Positions 29,169 to 38,965 of a DNA stretch of 64,000 bases are shown piece after piece. Made by a program: the position numbers and the translations under genes. The stretch's first letter is position 1. Each line of letters opens with the position of its first letter. The notes below the pieces were generated by a model. That model saw only the letters and a list, made by a program, of their open reading frames with translations. It did not search any database and had not been told where the DNA came from. The stretch is from a virus. Location: IMG/VR virus record IMGVR_UViG_3300027801_001493, positions 32,001-96,000 of that record. One strand, 5' to 3'.

Positions 29169-29748
29169 TCATAAAGTGGTCTTCTTCAAGATCCGGTCTA
29201 TCCCAATTTGTGTTAAAGTATTTTTCTGTGCTACAGCCTTTTGCTTTTACCCAACCGTCTACACTACGTCTGATGTTTGCTTTGTTATAGTCTGGTATAA
29301 GCATTACTCCGCCTTCTTCTAATGCCCACCACCATAACTTAACTGTTTCTGATACAACCATTTCAACTGTGTTTGGACTTTGCTCTAGTCTCCAAGGCAA
29401 ATTTACATACAATAAATCATATGGACCATCGTCCTCTATTTGTTTTTGATTTACTTCTAAAGGAGTTGTGTTGTTAAACTGTACACCATCGAGTGATATA
29501 TCTCTAACTTTTAAATGCTCATGTAAGTCTAGTTTATGTTGGGCACCTTGTGGGTGTAAGTCAAATACATCATGTAAATGTATTTTAACTTCTGTCATTG
29601 CCCTAATCTTTTCTACAGTACTTGCTTTAGTCTGCATGAACTCGTTGATTAATATTTGGCTTTCGCTTAATGCACAATAATTCATGAGGACCATATAACT
29701 GTCCGTACCTAACATTCTGTTTAGGTCTTTCTCCTCAAGTAGGTGCAT
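29140..29748 (-). CDS. Degenerate methyltransferase-like protein
   Basis: YDLLYVNLPW ... WALEEGGVMLIPDYN resembles the C-terminal half of a class I MTase. Confidence 0.4.
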   Translation of the reverse strand: MHLLEEKDLNRMLGTDSYMVLMNYCALSESQILINEFMQTKASTVEKIRAMTEVKIHLHDVFDLHPQGAQHKLDLHEHLKVRDISLDGVQFNNTTPLEVNQKQIEDDGPYDLLYVNLPWRLEQSPNTVEMVVSETVKLWWWALEEGGVMLIPDYNKANIRRSVDGWVKAKGCSTEKYFNTNWDRPDLEEDHFMIALQKNGEI

Positions 29749-30002
29749 TAATATTTCTTCAGTATCTGGAAGTCAAAGGGTTTAACTGTTTTAATCTCTA
29801 GAGGATTATCGTTGATATCAACACCTACAATATGTGTTGCAGTTTTCTTTGATATACTCTTTAAGTCAAATACCTTTTTCTTTCTAGTTGTAGTTTGAGT
29901 GCCATCTTCTACTTTAGTAATGACCTCATCTTCAAACCATACTGTTAGTTCGTAGTGTTCGACCCATAAGCCGTGCCACCAGTCTTTTATACGTTCTAAC
30001 AT
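29748..30002 (-). CDS. Small hypothetical protein
   Basis: Coupled ORF with GGAG SD. Confidence 0.6.
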   Translation of the reverse strand: MLERIKDWWHGLWVEHYELTVWFEDEVITKVEDGTQTTTRKKKVFDLKSISKKTATHIVGVDINDNPLEIKTVKPFDFQILKKY

Positions 30003-30010
30003 TCTATCTC

Positions 30011-30934
30011 CTATATGCTATTCATTTCCAGTTCAACAAGTGTAGCGGCTAAATTAATTTCTGGATCTGCCACTGCTACACTTTTAGCAATACCATTACG
30101 GATGATAACTATTGCTTGGTCTTGTTTCATATCTGTGTCACCCCACAGATTAAGGTTGCGGTACATAAACTTGTACACTTCTTCATATTCTTCAGGTCTT
30201 GCCTGTCCAACAATCATTCCTCTTGCTTCTTTGTATTTACCTGCTTTAAACAACTCTACAGCACTGAGCATCCAATCCGATGTATTACCATCACCAGCCT
30301 GTGGTTTCTGGAGTACGCCATCAAGTACATTCTGCTGAGTAAGATTAATTGCTTTACGCAAGTCTGGGTATGTTGCTTGTACATAAGTGTCTAGTGTTTC
30401 TAAATCTACTTCAACACCTTCTTCAATACAGATAGTTGCAATACGAGCCGTGAACTCGTTGGTGTCTAGTTTCTCAATATGAAAACCCTGGCACCTACTA
30501 TGAAGTGCCGGGATAATCCTTTGTGGGTAGTTACAAGTTAATATGAATCTACAACTTGTGTGATAAGTTTCCATAACGCCACGTAGAGCCGCCTGTCCAT
30601 TAGGAGTAATATAGTCTGCTTCATCTAGTAATACATACTTCATATCACCAAACGGCATTGTGCTACTAAAATTAGTAATCTTACTCCTAATAATGTCTAC
30701 GCTATTTTCATTAGATGCATTAATCTCTAGTATGTCCATACTATCAACATCTAATTCTTGCAATAACACTTTTGCAAGTGTTGTCTTTCCTGTGCCAGGG
30801 GCTCCGCTGAATAGTAAATGAGGTAATGCCCCATCTTCTTTCCAACCGTTCACTTGTCTGCGTTGTTGGTCATCTCTAAACACATAGGTGTCTATGCTAC
30901 TAGGACGATACTTTTCTACCCACAATTCTTTCAT
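30011..30934 (-). CDS. Clamp loader subunit (RFC small subunit / T4 gp44-like)
   Basis: LWVEKYRP, GAPGTGKT, INAS, LDEADY, LHSRC, PDLRKAIN. Confidence 0.92.
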   Translation of the reverse strand: MKELWVEKYRPSSIDTYVFRDDQQRRQVNGWKEDGALPHLLFSGAPGTGKTTLAKVLLQELDVDSMDILEINASNENSVDIIRSKITNFSSTMPFGDMKYVLLDEADYITPNGQAALRGVMETYHTSCRFILTCNYPQRIIPALHSRCQGFHIEKLDTNEFTARIATICIEEGVEVDLETLDTYVQATYPDLRKAINLTQQNVLDGVLQKPQAGDGNTSDWMLSAVELFKAGKYKEARGMIVGQARPEEYEEVYKFMYRNLNLWGDTDMKQDQAIVIIRNGIAKSVAVADPEINLAATLVELEMNSI

Positions 30935-30937
30935 TAA

Positions 30938-31174
30938 TTATATTCCAGTGTTTAGTATAGTTATTGTTTCTACATCATTGTATTCACCATTTTCGGTAAA
31001 CGAACGTGTAGTTGTAATTCTTTTAACCATGCCAGTAGGAAGATTTTCCATACTAATAAGTTTTTGCTCCATTAGTCCAGTTCTTGGTTGCTCAAATACA
31101 AGGTCATTCTTGTAGTCTGAGATAATTCTTGCAGACTTAGTATAAGTCCCTTTAGTTTTATAATCAGTTGTCAT
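30938..31174 (-). CDS. Small hypothetical protein (start likely 31174)
   Basis: GGAG SD 6 nt before ATG; promoter at 31199-31227. Confidence 0.55.
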   Translation of the reverse strand: MTTDYKTKGTYTKSARIISDYKNDLVFEQPRTGLMEQKLISMENLPTGMVKRITTTRSFTENGEYNDVETITILNTGI

Positions 31175-31198
31175 GTACTTCTCCATTATTATGTTTTC

Positions 31199-31227
31199 AT
31201 TATACATGAATGTAACTAGGAAGTCAA
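31199..31227 (-). promoter_or_regulatory. sigma70-type promoter of the clamp-loader operon
   Basis: TTGACT-N17-TATAAT. Confidence 0.75.
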
Positions 31228-31276
31228 GCACTTTTTTGATAAATAATACTGAACGCATGACTGTAGGAGTTAATAA

Positions 31277-33904
31277 GTGGCAAACGAATATAGATTTGGA
31301 CAAAAAGGTGTTTCAACTGACCTTCAATTTGGAAAGAGAGGACCTCGATTAGTAGCAAATGCTACTACATCCGCATTACAAGTAACAGCAACAGATGGAA
31401 CTACACTCAACAATGTAAGAATTGCTGATGGTGTAATAGCCAGTGACGCCGTTACTAAGAGCCAACTAGACGCCAGTGTTGCTAATATTAGCACAAATGC
31501 TTATAACATTACACTAGGAACTGGTGGTGACGGTGATTTTGTCAGCCCAGGTAGTGTAACAACATTAACAAGTTCAACTACAGTATCAGAGTCCATAGAT
31601 AGATTAAACGAGACTATGGAAAACATAAGAAACAATACTTATGTTAAAAGTGTAGACGCAACAACTAATGTTAGTTCAGGTGGTAATCCACTTACAGTAA
31701 CTTTAACAATTAGTACTGTTGGTACTTCAAATCAATATGATATAGATTGGGGAGATGGAAGTTCAACTACAGCAACTTCAGATAGTACTCCAAGTCATAC
31801 ATATACAGATAATTCAAATTCACCATATGATGTCGTAATTGTAGCAAGAAATACAAGCGGTAGTGGTGAAGGTTCTAGTGCTTCAATCACTAAGAGCAAC
31901 TTTATAACATTGTACACAGCAACTCCTGTTGCAAACTTTGGTTTATTTACTGCCAGTTCAGGCGGTAGTGCATTAAGTGGTAACAGTAGAGAAATAGATG
32001 CTGGTGAGACAATGTACTTAGAAAATACAACAACAAATTCAGGTTCAGCAACATGTACATACGAAATTAATTGGGGAGATGGCGGAGCCAATACTTCAGT
32101 AAGTTCAGGTGGTACTGGTGATGTTGGACAAGCAAGAGCAAGTCATACATACTCAGATGATAGTGGTACGTCAATGTATACTATTACAATGCAACAGACT
32201 GCTCATAATACAGCAGACCCAGGTGAGGTTGGTAGTACAACAAACAATTCATTAAAAGTTTATGACGCTGGAATAAGTGCTCCAAGTGGACTGAGTTCTA
32301 AAACAATTTCATTTAGTGAAAGTAGTTCAGGTTCAAGTCCAAGGGCGGCAGTTGGATTCACAGATAATAGTGCAGAAGATACAGTTGCTAGTGGATCAAG
32401 TGTTATAAGAATAACCAATGCAAGTGCAGGTTCAAATACAGATTCAGATACATTAAGTAGTTTTGCTTATAATGGTGATTCAGGAACATTAACTGCAACA
32501 ATAGATGCTAGTGCCGATGGTGCTATAACATTTACAAATTCAGATGATAGTGGATCAAATGATGGTCTAACAATTACACAAGAAAACGATTACCAATTCT
32601 TAAATGCAAGTGGCTCTACTGTATCATTTAGTAGTTCAGTATATAGTCCAGGACTATATCAAGGCTTTAAGGCTAAAGTAAGTAAATCAACAACAGGATT
32701 AGCAGTAGGTTCACATAGTTATAAACTAGGACATAGTGCAACTGGCGATACAAACATATTAAGTTTTATAAAAGACGATGTTACAAGCACTCCAACAACT
32801 GTTATGGCTAACGTTGTTATTTCAGAAGCAAGTGCAGGAACATTAAAACATATTTCAGGTGTACCTTACTACACTAACGATGCTACACTAACACTTTCAG
32901 GTGTTGAAGTGTACAATTGGATTGGACAATGTTACGCAAGTACAAGTACTCCTCTCCAAGTAACAAATGGTACCAACCAAGAATCAACAAGTGGTAGTGC
33001 AATAGGTTCACAGTTTTATTCCTATGCAGACATTGATGGTTCAACAAGTTTCTTAACAGGTGGTGTTCCAGAAGCGAACACTGGTCCTAATAGTAGTAGT
33101 GCTTATACACTAGGTTCTTTAACAGTTAATGTTAATGGCGGTGGAATAGGTATTGAACAACTTAAAGCAAGAATGTTTAGTGTGAATGGCAATGGTAGTT
33201 ACCAAGAACTAACAGGAAAATACATTAGTGCATTTAACGGTAGTACAGGAATTGACGAAGAAAGTATTCCAGTAAGTAGTAGTTTAGGTGCTGGCTTTAA
33301 TGATAACGGAAAAAGAATTACAGGATTTAGTGGCGTAGCAGATACTCCAGCATTTGATAATACAGTTAATAACTATACAGCAAATGTATGGACAGGTTCA
33401 CAGACTATAGCAGGTACTCCAGAAGCAGTAACAAGATGGGGTGACGTAACTCACTTCACAACAGATTTAAGTGGTAGTGCATATCTACCAGCAGGTCCTG
33501 ATTTAAATACAGGAAGAAGTGGAGCTCAGTACTTTACTTTTGCATTTAGAAGAACTACAATGGCTAACTTTACAGTAACACTAAGTGGTAAGGTGAGTGG
33601 CTTCTTTGTAGCGGCTCCAGGTACAACTATAGACAATGCTAGTACATTGAATGGTTGGACAGATGCAAGTATCACATACGGTGGTGCAGGTTGTCCGGGT
33701 GCTAACACAGGAGCAGGTGGTAATGGTTCTAATGGTGTTGCATTTACTTCAGGTGATAGAATTGCAGACGGAACTACATATAATTCAGATAATTTTACAT
33801 TGACACTTGGTGACCAGAATGGAACAGGTGCAACAGGAAACAACATCCTGATAAGAATTAAACTAGAGTCCGGTGACGAACTCACAGCATTGAGTATAGC
33901 ATAA
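31277..33904 (+). CDS. Virion structural protein with PKD-like domains
   Basis: YDIDWGDGS and YEINWGDG, SHTY motifs; Ser/Thr/Gly rich; TAAATA at 31240 and AGGAG SD; GTG start. Confidence 0.7.
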   Translation: MANEYRFGQKGVSTDLQFGKRGPRLVANATTSALQVTATDGTTLNNVRIADGVIASDAVTKSQLDASVANISTNAYNITLGTGGDGDFVSPGSVTTLTSSTTVSESIDRLNETMENIRNNTYVKSVDATTNVSSGGNPLTVTLTISTVGTSNQYDIDWGDGSSTTATSDSTPSHTYTDNSNSPYDVVIVARNTSGSGEGSSASITKSNFITLYTATPVANFGLFTASSGGSALSGNSREIDAGETMYLENTTTNSGSATCTYEINWGDGGANTSVSSGGTGDVGQARASHTYSDDSGTSMYTITMQQTAHNTADPGEVGSTTNNSLKVYDAGISAPSGLSSKTISFSESSSGSSPRAAVGFTDNSAEDTVASGSSVIRITNASAGSNTDSDTLSSFAYNGDSGTLTATIDASADGAITFTNSDDSGSNDGLTITQENDYQFLNASGSTVSFSSSVYSPGLYQGFKAKVSKSTTGLAVGSHSYKLGHSATGDTNILSFIKDDVTSTPTTVMANVVISEASAGTLKHISGVPYYTNDATLTLSGVEVYNWIGQCYASTSTPLQVTNGTNQESTSGSAIGSQFYSYADIDGSTSFLTGGVPEANTGPNSSSAYTLGSLTVNVNGGGIGIEQLKARMFSVNGNGSYQELTGKYISAFNGSTGIDEESIPVSSSLGAGFNDNGKRITGFSGVADTPAFDNTVNNYTANVWTGSQTIAGTPEAVTRWGDVTHFTTDLSGSAYLPAGPDLNTGRSGAQYFTFAFRRTTMANFTVTLSGKVSGFFVAAPGTTIDNASTLNGWTDASITYGGAGCPGANTGAGGNGSNGVAFTSGDRIADGTTYNSDNFTLTLGDQNGTGATGNNILIRIKLESGDELTALSIA

Positions 33905-34971
33905 TGGCAATATCAGATTCACAAAAAATTGATTTACTTTGGAAGAAGATTGGTTTTGGTAAAGCAAAAACTGATACTAACTCAAACAAGAAGGCTCCTA
34001 ACGAACCTAATGCAAGTAGTTTAATTATTAAAGATTCCGATATTTGGAATCAAAGTTCAAGTATTACAGGCATTATTCCTAGTGCTAATTCAAGTATTGC
34101 TAATGTCTATTTAGATAGTGTTAGTGGTGCTTTACAAACAACTGAAGATGGTGCATCTAGTGATAACCGTACATGGAGTACTGGTACCACTAATTGGATT
34201 GCTCCTAGTTTTGGTGCAACATATCAGTTAAAAGTCTATGCCGCGGCAAGTGGTACAGCAAATCCTCAATCAAACGGAACACAGTTATTTGAAACTGGTT
34301 CAGGTTCAAGTGATGAATGGTACTTTGACTATCAGTCAGGTATACTAAACTTCATTGGTGACAACCTTCCAAGTGCAATAGGCACTTCAAGTGGTAACGT
34401 AATTTTTGTAGCTGGTGCAGTATACACAGGTAACACTGGTGTTACTAGTACTGGTTCTAGCATGGTTTACAGAACATACGCAAACCTTACAGCCTTGTAT
34501 GCCGCTAGTGATATTGAAACAGGTGACTTTATTAAAGTTACTGATGGCGGAGACGGTGAGTATAGATTATACATAGCCGGACAAGCAGATCCAAGTCAAG
34601 CAAGTCATTTAACACTAATTGGAACAGCCGATAGTGCTGTTACTGATGCTGGTACACTTACAACAACTATTACACATGAAAGTGGTGCTAGTGTTGTTAT
34701 TGGTAATATTAGTAGCGGTAAGAAAGTTACAAGTGTTACTGTTAATGTTACAACTGCATTTGATGGTAGTGCACCAACAGTTACAGTTGGTGATGCTAGT
34801 GTTAATAACAGACTGCAAGAAGCAGATGATAATGACCTAAAAGAAGCATACGCATACGAAAGCACTCCAAACTTTGTTTATAGTAGTGCTACTGATGAAA
34901 GTATTTTAGTGTATTTTAATGCTGATAGTAGTACGACAGGTACTGCTGTAGTTACTGTAACTTATGCTTAA
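33904..34971 (+). CDS. Virion structural protein
   Basis: Coupled to the previous gene; C-terminal module similar to 13516-15549. Confidence 0.65.
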   Translation: MAISDSQKIDLLWKKIGFGKAKTDTNSNKKAPNEPNASSLIIKDSDIWNQSSSITGIIPSANSSIANVYLDSVSGALQTTEDGASSDNRTWSTGTTNWIAPSFGATYQLKVYAAASGTANPQSNGTQLFETGSGSSDEWYFDYQSGILNFIGDNLPSAIGTSSGNVIFVAGAVYTGNTGVTSTGSSMVYRTYANLTALYAASDIETGDFIKVTDGGDGEYRLYIAGQADPSQASHLTLIGTADSAVTDAGTLTTTITHESGASVVIGNISSGKKVTSVTVNVTTAFDGSAPTVTVGDASVNNRLQEADDNDLKEAYAYESTPNFVYSSATDESILVYFNADSSTTGTAVVTVTYA

Positions 34972-35141
34972 TCGTTAGCTGAACGTCCGCTTTCTAAACC
35001 AACACCCATAAGTAATAACATAATACTAGCAAGTATCCACCATGGATTTAATGCATTAAATACTACGCCTGCTAGTATAATACATCCTGCTAAACCTAAT
35101 GTGGATAATCCTGTTCTATTGTTTGATTCTGGAAATTTCAT
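34968..35141 (-). CDS. Small two-TM membrane protein, 57 aa (not in ORF track)
   Basis: MKFPESNNRTGLSTLGLAGCIILAGVVFNALNPWWILASIMLLLMGVGLESGRSAND. Confidence 0.55.
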   Translation of the reverse strand: MKFPESNNRTGLSTLGLAGCIILAGVVFNALNPWWILASIMLLLMGVGLESGRSAND

Positions 35142-35142
35142 A

Positions 35143-35517
35143 TTAACCTTTAATTGAGCCGTCCCATTTAGCCATTCTAACTAAGTCGCCGACATTTGTT
35201 GCATTTGCAGTTGGATTGTCATCTGATATAAGCATACATGCTTCTGGATCTACTTTCCAAATTTTTGCGCCTTCTTCTAGTCTATCATCTTTAACAGTAA
35301 ATCCTTCAGTCCATCTACCATATTCTACATATAGCCATTGTCCTGGTGTTACCCAATCAATGTCTGGGCCTACGTCAAATGCTTTGAACCATCTAGGTGC
35401 AATACCTTCATCTGATCCAATTGTTGATTTGATAATAATGCCTGAAGCAGTCTCTTTGTCTCCAAAGTCTCCTTCAACGCATAGTATGTTATCCTTGTAT
35501 GCTCTAAGAGTTGTCAT
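35143..35517 (-). CDS. groES: GroES-like co-chaperonin (start likely 35517)
   Basis: TLRAYKDNIL, KETASGIII mobile loop, DVGPD, VTPGQWLY; divergent, phage gp31-like. Confidence 0.65.
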   Translation of the reverse strand: MTTLRAYKDNILCVEGDFGDKETASGIIIKSTIGSDEGIAPRWFKAFDVGPDIDWVTPGQWLYVEYGRWTEGFTVKDDRLEEGAKIWKVDPEACMLISDDNPTANATNVGDLVRMAKWDGSIKG

Positions 35518-35944
35518 CCCAATCATCCTCATATACTGGTACCATTTCAATATCACCGTTAGGTAATTCTACTTCTTTGTAACTAACAGGTTGTCTAGTT
35601 TCTGCCATTACTGGAGCATCTTCAACAGCATTCATGACACTTTGGTCTTGTTCTGTTCGTTGTGCTTCAGCAGTTTTTAGTTCAGGTTGTGCATTAGTAT
35701 CTGGTTGGATTGGTTGGTCAGGCGCAGGGCCTTTTAGAGTTGTTTGTGCAGTACTGCTCAATGGGTTATCTTGATAGTATGCTCTTACTCTATCTTCTGC
35801 TTTCTGTACTATCTCGCCATTCTTTCCTAGCACATCACCGTTAGCATTCACACCCATATTACCTACAGCAGGTTCATCGCCTTGGGCGGCGATAAGTGCC
35901 TCCATATCTACGATAACACCTCTGTTTGATTTCTTTTCTGTCAT
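35504..35944 (-). CDS. Hypothetical protein
   Basis: GNMGVNANGDVLGKNG motif; GAGG SD. Confidence 0.65.
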   Translation of the reverse strand: MTEKKSNRGVIVDMEALIAAQGDEPAVGNMGVNANGDVLGKNGEIVQKAEDRVRAYYQDNPLSSTAQTTLKGPAPDQPIQPDTNAQPELKTAEAQRTEQDQSVMNAVEDAPVMAETRQPVSYKEVELPNGDIEMVPVYEDDWDDNS

Positions 35945-35952
35945 GTTTTCCT

Positions 35953-36462
35953 CTACTTTAAAAACTCTTTAATGTCTAAGTTATATGTTAGACTATTTAT
36001 TTTATGTACATCTAAAACGTACAATACATAACTAGCAACACTACTGCCTCTGCCTACACCCCAAACTAAGGAATGCTTTCGCATAGTGTCCACTATGTAT
36101 ATTAGTATTTGTAATACAGGAAATAACTTCCTTTCCTCAAACATAGCTAGTTCCATTTCTACTCTTGCTTTTGCGTTGACAGATATATCTGAATCTCTGC
36201 ATTTGCTTTCAACTAACTTACTAACATACTCCCTTACATCTAACTCTTTGTAGTGCTCTGGAATGTTATATGTATTTATACGGTCGAAGTCCTCACCACC
36301 TATAATTTTTAGTAAATTTAAGTCCATTTCATGAGCAAACTCTTGAAACTTAGCAATATCTTCGTTTAACGTATATTCAGCATTAGATAATTCTTTACCA
36401 TGATAAAGCATTTCTACGCCAGTATTTTCATCACTAATGTATCTATTGTTTTTATCTAACAT
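35953..36462 (-). CDS. Stand-alone fragment of DNA polymerase III alpha (DnaE)
   Basis: RVEMELAMF...IVDTMRKHSLVWGVGRGSSVASYVLYVLDVHKIN; ends before the PDID catalytic motif. Confidence 0.7.
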   Translation of the reverse strand: MLDKNNRYISDENTGVEMLYHGKELSNAEYTLNEDIAKFQEFAHEMDLNLLKIIGGEDFDRINTYNIPEHYKELDVREYVSKLVESKCRDSDISVNAKARVEMELAMFEERKLFPVLQILIYIVDTMRKHSLVWGVGRGSSVASYVLYVLDVHKINSLTYNLDIKEFLK

Positions 36463-36468
36463 CTTCGT

Positions 36469-36497
36469 ATTGTACTGCCTTTGTGAGGTGAAGTCAA
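36469..36497 (-). promoter_or_regulatory. sigma70-type promoter; ATG at predicted +1
   Basis: TTGACT-N17-TACAAT-N6-ATG. Confidence 0.7.
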
Positions 36498-36502
36498 CCT
36501 TT

Positions 36503-37249
36503 TTATACTAACTTTGGTTTCCACTTCTTTTGTTTGGTTTTAAAGTCTACTTCTACGACTTCGCCTTCTGGAATAAAGCCTGCTTGACTCATTTGGCTTC
36601 TTACTTCTTGTTCAATCATGTTAAAGTCTGCATCTAATACATCCTTTTGTTCTGCAAGATTTTTTCTAATAAGTATTAGTTCTTGTTCATCTAATGCATA
36701 GTTATCGTATGTGCTGATGTCATCACGTTCCCACCATACAGTATCGTATATGCTTAAATCACCCATAAACTCTGATTGGTAAGGAAGGAATTCTGGTACT
36801 TCGCCTTCTTCATCTTCGTAGTCATACGTTATACCTGTCTCTAGGTCTACTACTCCAATATTGGAAACTGTTATATGGTTCTTACATATAGCATTAAACT
36901 TGGCAAATAAACAATTAGTTAAGTATGTTATATTAACTTCTGGAGTTATCACAAATACATTGTCTGTAGAAGCAAAATGATTTTCTATTGTTCTTAGTGC
37001 AAACTTGTCATACCATAAACTGTCATGTAAATAGTATTTAATAAAATGCTGAATACGTTGATAACTGATGTTCTGTTCTACACTTAAATCGTTGACGTCT
37101 TCAACAGTATCATCAAACGTTGCATACATACCAAACTTAATAATGTATCTGTTCGACTTAATTGCATCTATTTCTAACCCATCATCTCTTCCAAATACAG
37201 AGATAATATTTACTTCACATTCGGACTTTAGTTTAACTTTCTTCGCCAT
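36503..37249 (-). CDS. Hypothetical protein
   Basis: 248-aa acidic ORF, coupled. Confidence 0.65.
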   Translation of the reverse strand: MAKKVKLKSECEVNIISVFGRDDGLEIDAIKSNRYIIKFGMYATFDDTVEDVNDLSVEQNISYQRIQHFIKYYLHDSLWYDKFALRTIENHFASTDNVFVITPEVNITYLTNCLFAKFNAICKNHITVSNIGVVDLETGITYDYEDEEGEVPEFLPYQSEFMGDLSIYDTVWWERDDISTYDNYALDEQELILIRKNLAEQKDVLDADFNMIEQEVRSQMSQAGFIPEGEVVEVDFKTKQKKWKPKLV

Positions 37250-37565
37250 TTGTCTTTTTTTCCTTATAAGTATCGACTACTGCTTTAACAAATAACTCCG
37301 TGTCATCCATATAGTCTGGTGTATATGTTTCGGATTCTATTGCACCGATGTCTATTACTTGTGCTGGGTTTTTAATGTTTTCTTTATGCTGAGCAATGTA
37401 CATACGTTCTTGGTATTCCATTGTGCATTGTTCTCGTAAATCCAATATGTAGTTATACAATGGAGTTGAACTGTCCATTTTGTATAATTGCTTTGTGTAT
37501 TTTTGATTTTCTTTTAACAAATCATCTGTTGTCATTAAAGTAAAATCTTTGAATGGGTTACTCAT
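37233..37565 (-). CDS. Hypothetical protein
   Basis: 110-aa ORF with ATGA overlap. Confidence 0.6.
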   Translation of the reverse strand: MSNPFKDFTLMTTDDLLKENQKYTKQLYKMDSSTPLYNYILDLREQCTMEYQERMYIAQHKENIKNPAQVIDIGAIESETYTPDYMDDTELFVKAVVDTYKEKKTNGEES

Positions 37566-37915
37566 ATAGATAATCTAAATAGAAATGCAAACTGCTCATC
37601 TTTAAAACGTACTACGTTTCCTTTTATTTGATAATCAAGCATTTCTTCTAGTCCGTGTTTGTCTGTAAAATTCTTTGTAAGTGTTTTAGTATCTATATAT
37701 TCTAGTTCTAACTTATATCGTTGAATGCCTTTGTGTAACTTTGCTGGACGTACTACTTGGTTTGGTTTCCATTCGTCCCAAAGGTTACCAAAGTGTTCTG
37801 CTCTAGTTTGTAAATCAACCTTAGTTGTACCAAATACTCTTTCTAATTGATGTTCATTAAGTAAACTGTTCACTTTATATAATTCATCTGCGTTATACAA
37901 TACTGTTAAGTTCAT
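37562..37915 (-). CDS. Hypothetical protein (start likely 37915)
   Basis: MNLTVLYN...; C-terminal VRFKDEQFAFLFRL. Confidence 0.55.
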   Translation of the reverse strand: MNLTVLYNADELYKVNSLLNEHQLERVFGTTKVDLQTRAEHFGNLWDEWKPNQVVRPAKLHKGIQRYKLELEYIDTKTLTKNFTDKHGLEEMLDYQIKGNVVRFKDEQFAFLFRLSI

Positions 37916-38765
37916 GATTTTCCAACTCGTTATAATAAAAAATAGAATCTTCATTAAGCCCATTATGGTTATGTCTTTGGCTAATAATTAATTCTAAGTT
38001 AGGCAATGCTTCTGGAAAGTTCTTCTCTAACACATAACTTTTATCTTTGCCTGCTATGTTAAACTCCCAACCTCTTGTAACATGCTTAGGTGGTAAGTTC
38101 GTATTCTTTTTGTAAATGTCTGCAATAATTTTCTTTTGTTCTTTACTAATCTTAGGACTGCTGAAACCTTTTGCTGTTAATAATGCAGTTAAATCTACTA
38201 TGTCATCTGTTTTAAATACTAATGTATTAATTTTAACTGGATCCTTGTTTACATTCCACATGATATTAAATCTATTATTATCACATACTGAAGTAATATA
38301 GTTAGGACTCTTTCTTACAACTCTAAATTTTAGTCCTTCATTAATGCTGTTTACTGTATTAATATTACTACAGTTAAATACTATTCCAGCAAAGTAATCT
38401 AATGGAGATTCGACACCAGCAACACCTACTGTAGTAAAATGTTTATCGTAAGTAGACTTAAATTGTTCTACAGGGTATGTGTATATATTTACACCTTGTA
38501 TTTTAGCAACATTAAGTCCTGTTGTATCACAATGTAAACTGCCATCTAGCGAGTTTGTTGCGTTAAAACCTATGCCACTTAAACCCGTTGGTATATCCAA
38601 GGAGTTAAGTAGTATGACACATTGATTAACTGCCCACATACTAGCCTTTCCATTTTTGCTCACACTTATTTGGTTAAACCCTAAGCCAGTTAATTGAATG
38701 GTTGTGTCTTCTACGTTATGAGTACTTGGGTTAACATTGTACTCTATAAAATTAAGCTCTGCCAT
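37893..38765 (-). CDS. Degenerate VOC/4-hydroxyphenylpyruvate dioxygenase-like protein (start likely 38765)
   Basis: LNFIEY..LGF..CVILLN N-terminal VOC pattern; LVFKTDDI..LTAKGF; IISQR..G; iron ligands not evident. Confidence 0.45.
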   Translation of the reverse strand: MAELNFIEYNVNPSTHNVEDTTIQLTGLGFNQISVSKNGKASMWAVNQCVILLNSLDIPTGLSGIGFNATNSLDGSLHCDTTGLNVAKIQGVNIYTYPVEQFKSTYDKHFTTVGVAGVESPLDYFAGIVFNCSNINTVNSINEGLKFRVVRKSPNYITSVCDNNRFNIMWNVNKDPVKINTLVFKTDDIVDLTALLTAKGFSSPKISKEQKKIIADIYKKNTNLPPKHVTRGWEFNIAGKDKSYVLEKNFPEALPNLELIISQRHNHNGLNEDSIFYYNELENHELNSIV

Positions 38766-38770
38766 TCGCT

Positions 38771-38965
38771 CTAACTGTCTCCTTCTGCTGTGTCGCATTG
38801 CTGACAGCATTCTGGTGTACCACACTTATCGTGAACTACTTCTTCTGAAAGATCCTCACCGTAACGTCCACGTTCTCTATTGCCGTCTCCGTTTAATTCG
38901 GTTGCATCTTGTTGTATTGCCTTAAAATCTTTTTTAAGTGTTACTCTCTTTGGCTCCATCTTCAT
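38771..38965 (-). CDS. Small hypothetical protein
   Basis: C-terminal [13 protein letters not shown] Cys cluster. Confidence 0.5.
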   Translation of the reverse strand: MKMEPKRVTLKKDFKAIQQDATELNGDGNRERGRYGEDLSEEVVHDKCGTPECCQQCDTAEGDS

